Assembly: GCF_006345805.1 (NCBI RefSeq)
Contig: NW_021833786.1
Coordinates: 1 to 55,362, forward strand
Direction: 5' to 3'
From: Octopus sinensis
Taxonomy: Eukaryota
DNA: 55,362 nucleotides
Shown: positions 1 to 13,059 of the stretch, one piece after another
Layout of the letters: each line of letters begins with the position of its first letter
Position numbering within the stretch: position 1 is the first letter of the stretch
Notes under the pieces: generated by a model
What the model was told of the DNA's origin: nothing
What the model saw: the letters and a program-made list of their open reading frames with translations, nothing else
Databases searched by the model: none
Made by a program: the position numbers and the translations under genes

Positions 1-404
1 GCTGCTTTATTCGGATTATAGTATGATGAAGATGGCTTATCGAGGACATTTGAGAAAAATCTGTCAAATTTACAGATTTTGCTGTTTTTGTTTGTTCCTT
101 TCTTTTTAGATTTGCTTTGTTTTTGTTTGTTTTTTAATATTCTTGTTTTTTTATTAATATTCTTGGGGGTAAACAGTTAAACAGCTGGGGATCTCTCAGA
201 GAACGGCTGTTATTATGGTTATAGTGTCTTCGTGCCGTTTCCAGATGCTGGTAGTTTTGGTAAGTTTAAAAGAATATCCTAAAGTCCTTTCGTTCATTCT
301 TCGGCATACTTTGTAATTTATTTTCAAGAAATTTGAAATATCGATGATGTCATATCGACATTTCTTTCTAGGTTCTTTCTTCCTTTGTGTCCCTCTTTCT
401 TTCT

Positions 405-847
<443 letters not shown>

Positions 848-894
848 TATGTATGCTGTGAAACCCACCGTATATGTGTATATGTATGCTTGAT

Positions 895-2800
895 AAACCC
901 ACCGTTTGAGCAACTTCCTCGACATCTTACTCAAACCGTTTCTAAAATATGTGAAAAGCTTCATCAGGGATTACTTAGTCATGCTTAACCACCTTCCGAA
1001 GACAATAAATGAAGGAACCCTGTTAGTATCATTCGATGTGGTGAATTTGTACACCAATACCCCACACGATTATGGTATAGAAGCGATCACCTTCTGGATA
1101 GAAAAATACTCAGAAGAGATCCCAGGATGTATCAACCACAGGTTCATAATCGCAACACACAAATTCATCCTACTGAACAACTATTTCGTGTTCGATACAG
1201 TTTACTATCGACAAAATGTAGAATTGGAATGGGAACCCGAGCTGCTCCAGTGATTGCGAACCTTGTAATGGATTACCTAGAGCTTAAAATATATCCATCA
1301 TCACTACAAAAATATGGCACCTCATTTCATTGCTATTTAAAGGAGAACTGGAAGAGGTATTTGGACGATTGCTTTATACTTTGGAAAGACAGCATGGACA
1401 AACTCCTCGATTTCAAAATAATGCCTAACATACAATTCCCCATAGAGCACAGCAGTAAACAACTCCCTTTTCTTGACATCCTTGTTAAAATAGTCAATAA
1501 CCACACCGAATCAAACATCTATAAACCCATAGATTCTAAACAATACCTATTATTCAACTCATGCCACCCCAAACACATAAAAATTAATATACCTTATAAT
1601 CTAGCGAAAAGAATATGTATCATAGTTTCGGACACCTATACTCGTGAACGAAGACTCTTTGAACTCAGATCAATACGAATCAAAAGACATTACCCAATAT
1701 CATTAATAAATGATGGCATTAAATGAGCTAAGGAAATAGATATACGAACATTAAGTGAAGTCAACCGAAATACTAAACCAGATTTTAAAATACTCCCATA
1801 CATCTCCACGCATAACCCTGGAAACAACGAAGCCTTCGACATTATCATCCAAAATCTACCCATCCTCACAGGAGATAAAACAATGAACAAAATTTTCGGC
1901 TCACACAAAATTATCATAAGCAAAATGCAACACAAATCATTGAAAAAATATTAACCAGCGTAAGACTATATCCATTAACAACAGAACTAAAAGGGAAAAA
2001 ATATGGTCGACCTAACTGTGGTACACGCCCCTACCTTTTGGAGGGTTCAGAGTTACACTTTAAACAAAGTGAAATATTTAAGATTAAATCAAATTTCGCC
2101 TATGCCTCGAAAGATATAATCTATGCCATTACTTGCTTAGGGTGTGGAAATAATTATATATTTGCCAAACAGGGATATCACGCCGTCGAAGAACCACTCT
2201 CCACAAAGAACAAATCCGCTCCCCACAATACAAACAGATACAGGTCAGTGAATACATAGAAAGGTGTGCTAGGAATCTTAATCCTAATTTCCTATTTTCC
2301 CCTTCTATCAATGTTCACAGAACACCTCAGTACAACAAAGAATGAATAAAGAGGCAACTTTCATCAATAAATATATTCCACAACTCAATATGAACACATA
2401 ACATAATACAGAACACTACTAACCTTTCAATTAATACCACTAAACCCCATACATCCCATACACCATTCACATTACAGATCTATATCTACCCTAATTGCAC
2501 CAAATACAGAACTACTTACTTCTCTTACACATAATCTTTTTACTCAGGAAATAGTAGACCTGACACCGTTCAGTAATCGGTGTGCATTCAAAGCAATGAT
2601 TAATAATTTTACGAAACCGGTATGCTTTTGAATCTCTTTAACAATTCACAATAATGACTTTTATTACTTTTATTCTTACCTCAGTTCATCTAATTGTGTA
2701 TACCTATCGTTACTTTTCCTAAAAAGCCTTTAATTTTTTGATTTCCAATGTGCAATTTCGCTTATTTTTCCACGTGTAGTTTCTATTTTCTTTTTGTAAC
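895..2800 (+). mobile_element. Penelope-like retroelement, degenerate (RT + GIY-YIG endonuclease + 3' region)
   Basis: Frameshifted motifs SFDVVNLYTN, GMGTRAAPVIANLVM, WKRYLDDCFILW, LPFLD, KPIDSKQYLLFNSCHP and IIYAITCLGCGNNYI (GIY-YIG). Contains stops and frameshifts. Confidence 0.9.
2586..2633 (+). ncRNA. Decayed minimal type I hammerhead ribozyme in the Penelope terminal region
   Basis: ATTCAAAGCA-ATGATTA-ATAATTTTAC-GAAAC-CG-GTA-TGCTTTTGAAT. Complementary stem I arms, GAAAC...GUA and a palindromic ACCGGT stem III are present. The CUGAUGA box carries 2 substitutions. Confidence 0.6.
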
Positions 2801-2846
2801 ATACTTCTAATATATATATTAACCTCTCACACCTACCCTACAATGT

Positions 2847-2990
2847 CATTCTGCCAAATCCATTCACAAGGCTTTTGGTCGGCCCGAGGCTATAGTAGGA
2901 GGCACTTGCCCAAGGTTCCACGCGGTGGGACTGAACCCAGAACCATGTGGCTGGGAAGCACGCTTCTTATCACACGGCCATGCCTGCGCC
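2847..2990 (-). mobile_element. tRNA-derived SINE family B
   Basis: Reverse complement GGCGCAGGCATGGCCGTGTGATAAGAAG...GGTTCAGTCCCACCGCGTGGAACCTTGGGCAAGTG, with a CORE-like CCTTGGGCAAG segment. Confidence 0.85.
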
Positions 2991-4179
2991 TATATATATA
3001 TTTAATAAATATAACATGTATACATACACGCACAAACACATATATGTATATGTATATATGATTGTATGTATGCATATGTATTTTTGCGCGTGCATTTAGA
3101 TGTAAGAACTAAATAAAGAATATTCGATCAATGTAATGAATGAACGGTTACAAAGTACTGAATAAAACAGTGCTATGTAAATACGTTTGTAATTAAACAT
3201 TTATATACACTGGAGAACAGTTATAGCTTATATTTGTATATTTTAAATTAGATATTTATCAATATTGCTCCAGATCTTAAGACCAGAAGTTTCACATGCT
3301 TACTCGATCTTTAGTGGTGAAAAAGGATTCTATAAGCATACCGTCATTTTATAGTTGTTAAAGGCGTCATAATTACTTTGAAGTCAAAATGAGAATCTTT
3401 TTCTCTATAAACAGAAGAAATGAAACTGCAGGCGACCAAGAAAAACAAGTTAAAATCTTTGTAGGAATAACTGTAAATGACTTAACAAATAAAAACAAAA
3501 CTGCTCGAGTGATTTTAACCCTTAAACTGCAAAATTAAATTTCATGGTTATTCCAGTAATGATGTGAAATATCAGACAAAAAATGAACTGGTATTTTTTG
3601 CATGTCATGTTGCTTCAATAAACTTGACATATTTCAGCGGAAAATAGTTTCCAACATTACGTTCTTCAGCAAAAGTTAGATTGTTATATAAAACTACTTT
3701 CTGCAGTTAAAGGTAATAAAATTTTGAAGAAATATATCTCATTTCCGCAGTAAACAGGGTGATAAGCACCAGTTTCTTCAGGAGATGACTTACCACTTTT
3801 ATATCTGTTCCTCGTGTTTACCAAAGGGTGTATATCTAAATGGTAGTTCAGTCGTAGTAGAGTAATTTAAGGAAAATGGAATAAAAAGAAAGAAAAGATG
3901 AGAAAGAGGAAGTTTCTGTATCGAATACAGTGAGCTCTCTTATGAAATGTCGATTATATATTATATATTAACTCTTATGATAAAGTTTAGTTTTGAAAAG
4001 CTGCAGCATTGTATGTATTGTAAAATATAACTAGAACTTTTATCAAGCTGGTAAATATTCTAGTTAAATATATCAAGCTGGTAAATATTCTTGTTAGATT
4101 ATATCACCACTCTTTAATCCTATTTTTCTATTATACAATTAAAAAAAATATATTGCAAGCAGCACTGGTAGTTGTATAA

Positions 4180-4399
4180 CCCTCTAGTATTTAAAGCGGC
4201 CACATCCGACTCAAATGTTATACCTGTTTTACATTAAAGCTGAACTGGTCTAACCTCTCACACCTACCCTACAATGTCATTCTGCCAATAAGAAATCACA
4301 TCATTGAAATATTTAAGCTTTGAGATCATGCATTATTATTGCAAAAGAATATGAAGAAATAATCATTACATTTGACAAAATAATCTGAATGCTAAAAGG
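4180..4399. mobile_element. piggyBac-type MITE
   Basis: Termini CCCTCTAGTATT...AATGCTAAAAGG flanked by ATAA/TTAA. Related copies at 34283-34880 and 47975-48184. Confidence 0.55.
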
Positions 4400-4701
4400 T
4401 TAAACCAAGAATTCTTATTTCATATGAATTACTTCCCTTAAATTCATTTATTTCACTTATAAGTTCTCAACGCAAAATACGCAAGGTTTCATTTTACCGG
4501 GCATGGCTGTATGGCTAATAAGTTCACTTGGTTTCAGGTTCAGTCCTACTGTGTGTCACCTTGGACAATGTCTTTTACTATAGCCTCAATTTGACTCATT
4601 TCAGCGCTATTAAGTGTTTTTTTATACCGAGTATCTCTGGATCTCATTTGTTGACTGTATGTATGTACCTATCTAATTTCTCTGTCTGTGTATGTACATC
4701 C

Positions 4702-4704
<3 letters not shown>

Positions 4705-4775
<71 letters not shown>
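4705..4775. repeat. (GATA)n
   Basis: Read directly; left flank of the Tx1 element. Confidence 0.95.
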
Positions 4776-4776
<1 letters not shown>

Positions 4777-5997
4777 TGTTTCTTTATTAGCCACACAGGG
4801 CTGCCCATGTTTCTTTATTAGCCACACAGGGCTGCACATAGACGGGACAGATTACAAAGTAGAGCTTTTCTTTTTTGGGGAGAGAAAAAAAAAGTGGGGT
4901 AGGTTTTCGATCAAAAGGAATCGTAAAAGGGGAAGAAAAAAAACAAAGAAACGATCAATAGGGATCGTGTATAACAGTGTTATGATGTATGGTGTAAAGG
5001 GGAAAGCAAGTAAGGTTTATCCGTGGGAAGAAAAGCCTACGAAAAATACCACGGTAACCTTGGTCAATATTGTTATATGTTACCACATTTGTTTGCAAGT
5101 AGGTGACCCTCTGTTTTAAATTTTCCGGGTTCATAGGATTATGCTCAAGGTGGCTTCGTCATTCATACGTGCCATCCTTGCTACATTCACCCATCTTTTT
5201 GTGAAACATTCGCTAGACAAAACTTGCCTCTCTACTCTCACTTTCCTTTTCAAGTGATACTTGAAGAGGTTGATGAGAGGAATTGACCAGAGAGGAAAGT
5301 GTTTGTCTCCAATCCTTTCAGACGCGTCCACCAGAGACATTCTTTCGCCATAGCCACAAGGATGATGAAAATACCTCTCCCGTTTGAAGGAAGGAGGCGT
5401 GACAATATTGACGATAGACTTGGCTGATAAACCGACTCGTCCCAAACGTGACAGCAATCGTTCGACATAAGTCCACAGGTCGGAAATTGTTGGACACTGC
5501 ACGAGTGCGTGCAGAACGGTTTCGTCGCTCTGACCGCATCTCGGACAGGTTGGTCCTGAGTTTCTCGAGCCGTGTCTGTAGAGCTTATCCCGAACGGGTA
5601 GCGCTTTTCGATAGTACTGCCAGGCCAGGGATCTCTGGAAGTTGTCCACGGGCCCTGGCCCGAAAGTCTTCCTGAACGGGCGGGTCAGGTATTCCTCATC
5701 GACGTCTAGATTCGCCCCGAGCTCGTCGTCGTACCTCCCCTCCCTAAACCCCTATAGAATGCTTTGGTTGTTTGAAGTCACCCAAAGTCGACCCGGGACG
5801 GCATAGTTGCTTGAGAGCAACGCGACACTCACGGTGCCATTCGCCCTTCCTCGGTCTCTTTTTGATCCAAGACTGCAGTTCGGTCATAGAGACGAGTTGC
5901 GGGAAACCGTGCCTCACAAACGGCGACCACACCTGTTCACCGTCGTCTACGTAGAGCCTGAGATGTCGCAGTCTCAGCGCGTGTCTGCGCATCATAT
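4776..5997 (-). mobile_element. 5'-truncated Tx1/L1-clade non-LTR retrotransposon
   Basis: ORF2 C-terminus with RKALPV...TCPRCGQSDETVLHALVQC (zf-RVT-like CCHC), a 3' UTR and a terminal AATAAAGAAACAT. Abuts (GATA)n on both sides. Confidence 0.88.
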
Positions 5998-6220
<223 letters not shown>

Positions 6221-6382
6221 ATTCATTCAACCAATTAATGGTTTCATCTTGTTACCATTTAAGCATTTTTTTACTCTTCGTTTCCACTCTCACTCACAAG
6301 CCTTACTCTCATTTTTCTGCTCTCTCTCTATATATATATCTTTCTTCCTTTCTCTTTCTCTCTCTCTCTCTCTCTCTTTCCT

Positions 6383-6420
<38 letters not shown>

Positions 6421-7009
6421 TCTCCCTCTCTGTCCTTGCCGTTGTCTTTTCTTTTTTCTTATTCCGTTTCTCTTAGATCACTTCTGCTATGACTGAACTA
6501 CCATTTAGGCACACCCTTGGGTAAACACGAGGAACAGACATAAAAGTCGTAAGTCATTTGCTTAATAAGCTGCCGCTTAAATCAATGGAATCACACTGTT
6601 TTGGAACGTTGTTTCAGTCAGGGAGTGGAGAGATCAAGACGGGGGGAAGGAAGAGATGACAGACACCAGATCAGTGGGGTTGGGCGGACTTAGAGGGACG
6701 GATAGATACCTAGAAAGAGTCAGTTAAAGGGAAAAAAAGACGAAAGAAAAAAATGTAAGGTTTGAATGAGAGAGAGAGGGGAGTGAGAGTAAGCCGATCG
6801 GCAGCATTGTGGCCAAATAAAGTGATCGATCAAAGAGTTCCATCACTTAATAAGCAACAAATCTTCCTTCCACTCTCCTCATCCTTTAAACATCTTACCA
6901 GCTACCAACACTATCACTTTCCAAACCCTCCTCTGACAATCTGACAATCCCTCTCTTTGCTGTGCTTTCCCAAAGCGTTTGCTGTCTGTTGTTGATCGTC
7001 TGTTCCGCT

Positions 7010-7011
7010 CC

Positions 7012-7097
<86 letters not shown>

Positions 7098-7965
7098 TTC
7101 ACTTCTTTATCTCTTCTCTCTCCTTTGTCTCCTCTCTCTTTCTCTCTCTCTTTCTCTATCTATCTATCTATCTATCTATCTAACTATTTATCTATCTATC
7201 TATTTATCTATGTACCTCGTTTTCTATCTCTCTCTCTCTCTCTCTCTTCTTTCACTTCTTTCTCTGTCTCTTCTCTCTCACTTGTCTCTTCTCTCTCTCT
7301 CCCTCCCTCTCTCTCTCTTCTCTCTCTCTCTTCTCTCTCTCTCTCTTTATCTATCTATCTAACTATCTATCTATCTCGTTTTCTCTCTCTTCTTTCACTT
7401 CTTTCTCTGTCTCTTCTCTCTCACTTGTCTCTTCTCTCTCCTTCTCTCTCTCCCTCCCTCTCTTTCTCTCTCTCTCTCTCTTACCTCAATGTTTCATTTT
7501 TTTTTATCTTTATCTTTATCTTTCTTCTCCATCTCACTTCTTACATTCCTGTTTTCTCTTCTCTCCCTTTTTTCTTCCCTCTCTTTTCTTGGTGTTCATC
7601 TTCCCTCTAATTTCTTTCTTTTCTTCCCTTTCTTCTCTCCATTCTTTCCCTTCTATTACTCCTCTCTGCTTTCATTTAACCTACATTCATTACTTTCACT
7701 TTTATTTCTTCTTTCTCCCCCTCTCTTTTTTCTCTTCCTTTCTTCTCTTTCCTCTCTTACTTTTCTTCCATTCATTTCCTTCTTTTTTGCTCCTCTACTT
7801 TCTCGCTTCTTTCTGTCCTTTCTCTCCCTTCCTCCATTTTACCTCCCATTCTTTCTTATTCCCCTCTCGCTCCTCTTCCTCCCTCTATCCTTTTTTACCT
7901 TCCACTGTACCCCCATTCCCCTCCTTTAGCCTTTCTATCGCAATTTTCTCTTCTTTTTTTTATTT
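7010..7965. repeat. ~1-kb polypyrimidine (CT/TATC-rich) low-complexity tract
   Basis: Almost purine-free plus strand with internal imperfect repeats. Confidence 0.9.
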
Positions 7966-8081
7966 CTAAATTCAAACCTGTTATGGACTATATTCCTGTT
8001 ATTGTAGTCTATATTGTTGTGTTGGTCTATATTATTGGTGTTGTTTATAGTAGTGTTGTCTATATTACTGTTGTGGATGCC

Positions 8082-8671
8082 GCGAGCTGGCAGAAACGTT
8101 AGCACGCCGGGCGAAATGCTAAGCGGTATTTCGTCTGCCGTTACGTTCTGAGTTCAAATTCCACCGAGGTCGACTTTACCTTTCATCCTTTATAGGGCGG
8201 CGAGCTGGCAGAAACGTTAGCACGCCGGGCGAAATGCTAAGCGGTATTTCGTCTGCCGTTACGTTCTGAGTTCAAATTCCACCGAGGTCGACTTTACCTT
8301 TCATCCTTTATAGGGCGGCGAGCTGGCAGAAACGTTAGCACGCCGGGCGAAATGCTAAGCGGTATTTCGTCTGCCGTTACGTTCTGAGTTCAAATTCCAC
8401 CGAGGTCGACTTTACCTTTCATCCTTTATAGGGCGGCGAGCTGGCAGAAACGTTAGCATGCCGGGCGAAATGCTAAGCGGTATTTCGTCTGCCGTTACGT
8501 TCTGAGTTCAAATTCCACCGAGGTCGACTTTACCTTTCATCCTTTATAGGGCGGCGAGCTGGCAGAAACGTTAGCACGCCGGGCGAAATGCTAAGCGGTA
8601 TTTCGTCTGCCGTTACGTTCTGAGTTCAAATTCCACCGAGGTCGACTTTACCTTTCATCCTTTATAGGGCG
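8082..8671 (+). repeat. Tandem array of five near-identical 118-bp units derived from the SINE family A head
   Basis: GCGAGCTGGCAGAAACG starts at 8082, 8200, 8318, 8436 and 8554. A diverged sixth head at 8672 continues into a full SINE body. Confidence 0.95.
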
Positions 8672-9290
8672 GCGAGCTGGTAAAAACGTTAGCACGCCGG
8701 GCGAAATATTTAGCGGTATTTCGTCTGGCGCTACATTCAGAGTTCAAATTCCGCCGAGGCCGACTTTGCCTTTCATCCTTTCGGGATCGATAAACTAAGT
8801 ACCAGTTACGCACTGGGGTCGATATAATCGACTTTGTCTGTCCTTGTTTGTCCCCTCTGTGTGTAGCCCCTTGTAGGAAGTAAAGAAATAAGAATCGTTA
8901 GCACGCCGAGTAAAATGCTTAGCAGCATTTCGTCCGTCTTCACGTTTTGAATTTAAATTCTGCCGACGTCGACTTTGCCTTTCATCATTTCTGGGTCAAT
9001 AAAAAAGTACCAATTGAACCCTGGGCTCGATGTAATCGACTTACCCTTTCCCACGATCTTGCTGGCCTTGTGCCAAAATTTGAAATCGATATTATTATAT
9101 TTAAGGCGGCGAGCTGGCAAAATCGTAAGCACGCTGGGCATTTTGACTGTTTTCATGCTTTGAGTTCAAATTTCGCCGAGGTTGACTTTGCCTCCGGAAT
9201 CGATAAAATAAACACTGGGGTCGAGGAAATTGACTTAATCCCATCCCGCCAAGTTGCTGGCCTGGTATCAAAATTTGAATCGATATTATT
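8672..9290 (+). mobile_element. Three head-to-tail copies of tRNA-like SINE family A
   Basis: GGCGGCGAGCTGGCAGAA...GAGTTCAAATTCC (B-box)...GTCGACTTTGCCTTTCATC body at ~8672, ~8891 and ~9103. Confidence 0.85.
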
Positions 9291-9472
9291 GTTGTTGTCT
9301 ATATTTTGTTCTTAGTGTCGGTATTATTGTCGTCTATAATGTTGTTGTTGTTGTTGTTGTTGCTGTTGTTAACGTTGTTATCTAAATTATCGTTGTTGTC
9401 TATATTGTTATTGTTGCTTTGTTGTTAATGTTGCTACTATTGTGAGGAAGGTGTTAGTGATATTAGTAGCGT

Positions 9473-9787
9473 GAAGGTGCGTGGCCTTGTGGTTAGGGTA
9501 TTCGGTTCATGATCGCAAGGTCGTGAGTTCAATTCCCGGCAACCTTTAGCAAGACACTTTATTTCACGTCGCTCCAGTCCACTCAGCTGGCAGAAATGAG
9601 TAGTACATGTAATTTCAAAGGGCCAGCCTTGTCATACTCTGTGTCACATTTGAATCTCCCCGAGAACTATGTTAAGGGTACACGTGTCTGTGGAGTGCTC
9701 AGTCACTTGCACGTTAATTTCACGAGCAAGCTGTTCCGTTGATCGGATCAACTGGATCCCTTGTCGTCGTAACCGACAGAGCGCCAG
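9473..9787 (+). mobile_element. tRNA-derived SINE family D
   Basis: A-box-like TGGCCTTGTGG, B-box GAGTTCAATTCCC (9525-9537) and core GCTCCAGTCCACTCAGCTGG. A 3' fragment recurs at ~48785-48850. Confidence 0.8.
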
Positions 9788-9808
9788 TATTAGTAGTAGT
9801 GTTAAACA

Positions 9809-9809
<1 letters not shown>

Positions 9810-9860
<51 letters not shown>

Positions 9861-10192
9861 CGACGATGACGACGATGACGACGACGACGACGACGACGGC
9901 GATGACGACGACGACGACGATAACGATGATGACGACGACGACAATGACGACGACGACGATGACGACAATGGCGACGACGATGATGATGATGACGACGTCG
10001 ACGATGACGACGAAGACGATGACGACGGCGATGACGATGATGATGATGACGGCGACGATGACGACGACGACGATGACGACGACGATGATGACGACGACGA
10101 CGACGATGACGACGACGACGATAATGACGATGACGACGATGACGACGACGACGACGGTGATGGTGGTGGTGGTCGTCGTCGTCGTCGTCGTG
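9810..10192. repeat. (GAT)n/(GAC)n compound trinucleotide repeat
   Basis: Read directly; it explains the poly-D/H/S/T ORFs in the track. Confidence 0.95.
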
Positions 10193-10784
10193 GCGGCAGA
10201 TTTGTTGATTTTCTCTTGTAGCTGTTTTGTCCTTAGCTGCGATTATTTTGTCGTGTTTGTTAGTATCAGCCCATTTGTTATCGCAGATCTTTATGTTGTC
10301 TTTCACATATTTTTCTCTCCTTTTCCCAACTTCCTGCTGTGGGTTTTTATTTTCTACTTCTTTCTTACATACTACTGCTATATAATTCGTACTTTCCAGG
10401 ACATATATTTTGACATACACACAATACCATTAACTTATAACCACACATAAACTTACATATACTGAGATACGAATTCAGACATACGCACACATAAAACGCT
10501 GTTGTTGACAATCAAGGTGATGGTTCTTGTTGTTTGTTGTTGAACCTTTCCTGTTTTTTTTTGGGGGGGGGGTCCGCTTAGAAATATTTCTATCGTGGGA
10601 AAACCAGTTTTATAACATGAAATAGAGGATTTATTTCCCAATTGTAGAAATAAACAATGTCTCAGAGAAATCGATCTTCTGGAAAATGTGTGAGTGAGTG
10701 TATGGATTTGTATATCCGTTTGAGTCTATTGGTTTCCTTATGATTGTGGATGTATGTGACGTGTGTGTGTTTGAGGTGTGTGTG

Positions 10785-12090
10785 TGTTTTCCTGTCCTGT
10801 TTGTACTGTATTTTTTGTAATTGCATTTTATTTTGTATTTGTTTTTAATTGAATTGTTTTTGCGTCCTGTTTTTGTCATATATTTTTTTTTCCTTGTTTT
10901 TACCCCTCTGCAAAGGAATTTTATTTAATTCTTTCGCAGGAAGGACTAGTTCGACGAGACGTGTTCTGTCCTCACCTTCGAAACACGCTGGAGTTGAACT
11001 AGGGACGGCTGATGAAGGAGATTTTTCCTTGTGTAGTTGTCTTGTACTCTGTTTTTTCGTTGTTAAAAAAATGGTCCGTTCCATGCTGTTTTTACTTTTT
11101 CGTTTCTCGATGAGTTCTACGTCTATTTGTGGTGTCCTGTACACACGTACATATATTTATATATGCATGTATATATACATGTAGATGTAGGTACGTACAT
11201 ATATGTTTGTATGTATGCATATATTTTATTTATTACACTATTGTATGACTGAGCGCCCTCGCGTCGATTCGATTCGATTCGTTTGGTTTTGTTTCGTTTC
11301 TTCTTCTTCTCTAAGCTGGTTTTTATATATAATTATGACGCGAAACTCTATGACTCCTTCTTCTCTCTTTCTTTCACCCTCTTTGGCTTCCTTCCTCTCT
11401 CTCTCTCTGTCTCTCTCTCTCTCTCTCTCACTCCTCCTCATCTCTCTCACAGCCGGGTCGACGAACTTCCTTTCCTTGGCGGCCTTCTTCAAGTAAACAT
11501 GTTTCTTCTTGCGCTCGTGAAAAAAATTTTTTCCTCGTCTAGGCTTGTAGGCCCTCATTATTTGTTTTCCTGTCCTGTTTCTACCCGTTCTTGTACTGTA
11601 TTTTTTGTAATAGTATTTTTATTTTGTATTTGTTTATAATTGTATTGTTTTTGTCATATATATTTTTTTCCCCTTGTTTTTACTCCTCTGCAAAGGAATT
11701 TTATTTAATTCTTTCGCAGGAAGGACTAGTTCGACGAGACGTGTTCTGTCCTCACCTTCAAAACACGCTGGAGTTGAACTAGGGACGGCTGATGAAGGGG
11801 ATTTTTCCTTGTGTAGTTGTCTTGTACTCTGTTTTTTCGTTGTTAAAAAAATGGTCCGTTCCATGCTGTTTTTACTTTTTCGTTTCTCGTTGAGTTCTAC
11901 GTCTATTTGTGGTGTCCTGTACACACGTATATATATTTATATATACATGTAGATGTAAGTACGTACATATATGTTTGTATGTATGCATATATTTTATTTT
12001 TTACACTATTGTATGACTGAGCGCCCTCGCGTCGATTCGACTCGATTCGTTTGGTTTCGTTTCTTCTTCTTCTCTAAGCTGGTTTATATA
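10785..12090. repeat. Local direct duplication (~540 bp; copies ~10785-11330 and ~11563-12090, offset ~780)
   Basis: Near-identical blocks, e.g. CAAAGGAATTTTATTTAATTCTTTCGCAGGAAGG at 10911 and 11691. Few substitutions and small indels. Confidence 0.95.
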
Positions 12091-12727
12091 TATATATATA
12101 TATATAATCAGACACTGATGAGGTGTGGAGCATATCAGCGTCCATTGTTTGTGCCTTTACATGTTTTTCTGTATGCTCATTTGTCGTCCACCTTTGCTGC
12201 ATTTTTGTTATATGTACAGATACACACCCATACACATACACACACACACACACACATTCACCCACACACACACACACACACACACACATTCACTCACACA
12301 GTAAAAGAGATAATGAACAAACAAAATATTTGGCATCATTCTAGAATGTTTAATATAAACACTGTGCAGAGTAATTATAATAAATACGTTGAATTTTCTC
12401 TTACAGCTGTTTCAAGAATAGCCTAAGCATGTGGATCATATGTTATTGAGTAAAAAATTTCACGTAAGCTAATCATGCCGTCATCGGAGACAGAGAGAGA
12501 AATGCAAAAATATAGAAAAGTAGAATCTCCTTAATTCTAGAAACTTAGGAATGTCCAGGATGAAAATTAGTGGAGATGATGGGGGTGGGGGGGTTAACCA
12601 TAATGTTTTAGTCGTATTCGTGATGATTTAATGACAATGTATTTATAATGACAAAACAGCGGTGATTTTTGTGATTTGACTAGTAATGGTGGTAGTAGTA
12701 GTAAAGTTTCTGTAGTAGTGGTGCTCC

Positions 12728-12764
<37 letters not shown>

Positions 12765-13059
12765 ATGGCTATGTTAGGAATGGATGCGATAGCGCCGATC
12801 ACAATATCAAAAGTGAACGCTCAACTATGGCCGCTGTACCTGGCAAGGAAAACTATTTCTTCATTCAAATTGTTCCCGAGGTAACATCTAGCTTATATTG
12901 GAAGCCTGTCAATAGTCGTCGTTATGCACTGAACGGCCCCTATATACACGTTGGAGACATGGAGAGAAGAGGGTTTTGCAATTGACTGCATATAATAATG
13001 GCGATTGCAATACAATATAGGGATTGTTTGAAGTGGCTAAAATATCTCGTTGCATGAAT

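Noticed and set aside
8082-8780. CRISPR array or tRNA gene cluster
   Set aside because: The units are contiguous and identical with no spacers. They match a dispersed SINE, and I could not fold a cloverleaf.
9473-9545. tRNA gene (also at 53507 and 31968)
   Set aside because: The tRNA-like heads run on into repeated SINE bodies, and the acceptor stems are not intact.
9644-10450. Long poly-His/Arg, poly-Asp, poly-Ser and poly-Thr/Met ORFs
   Set aside because: All come from a (GAT)/(GAC) microsatellite next to a SINE. Several frames on both strands are open, and there are no splice signals or non-repetitive domains.
12825-12985. 52-codon ORF MAAVPGKENYFF…
   Set aside because: It is short, has no recognisable homology and has no supporting gene structure.
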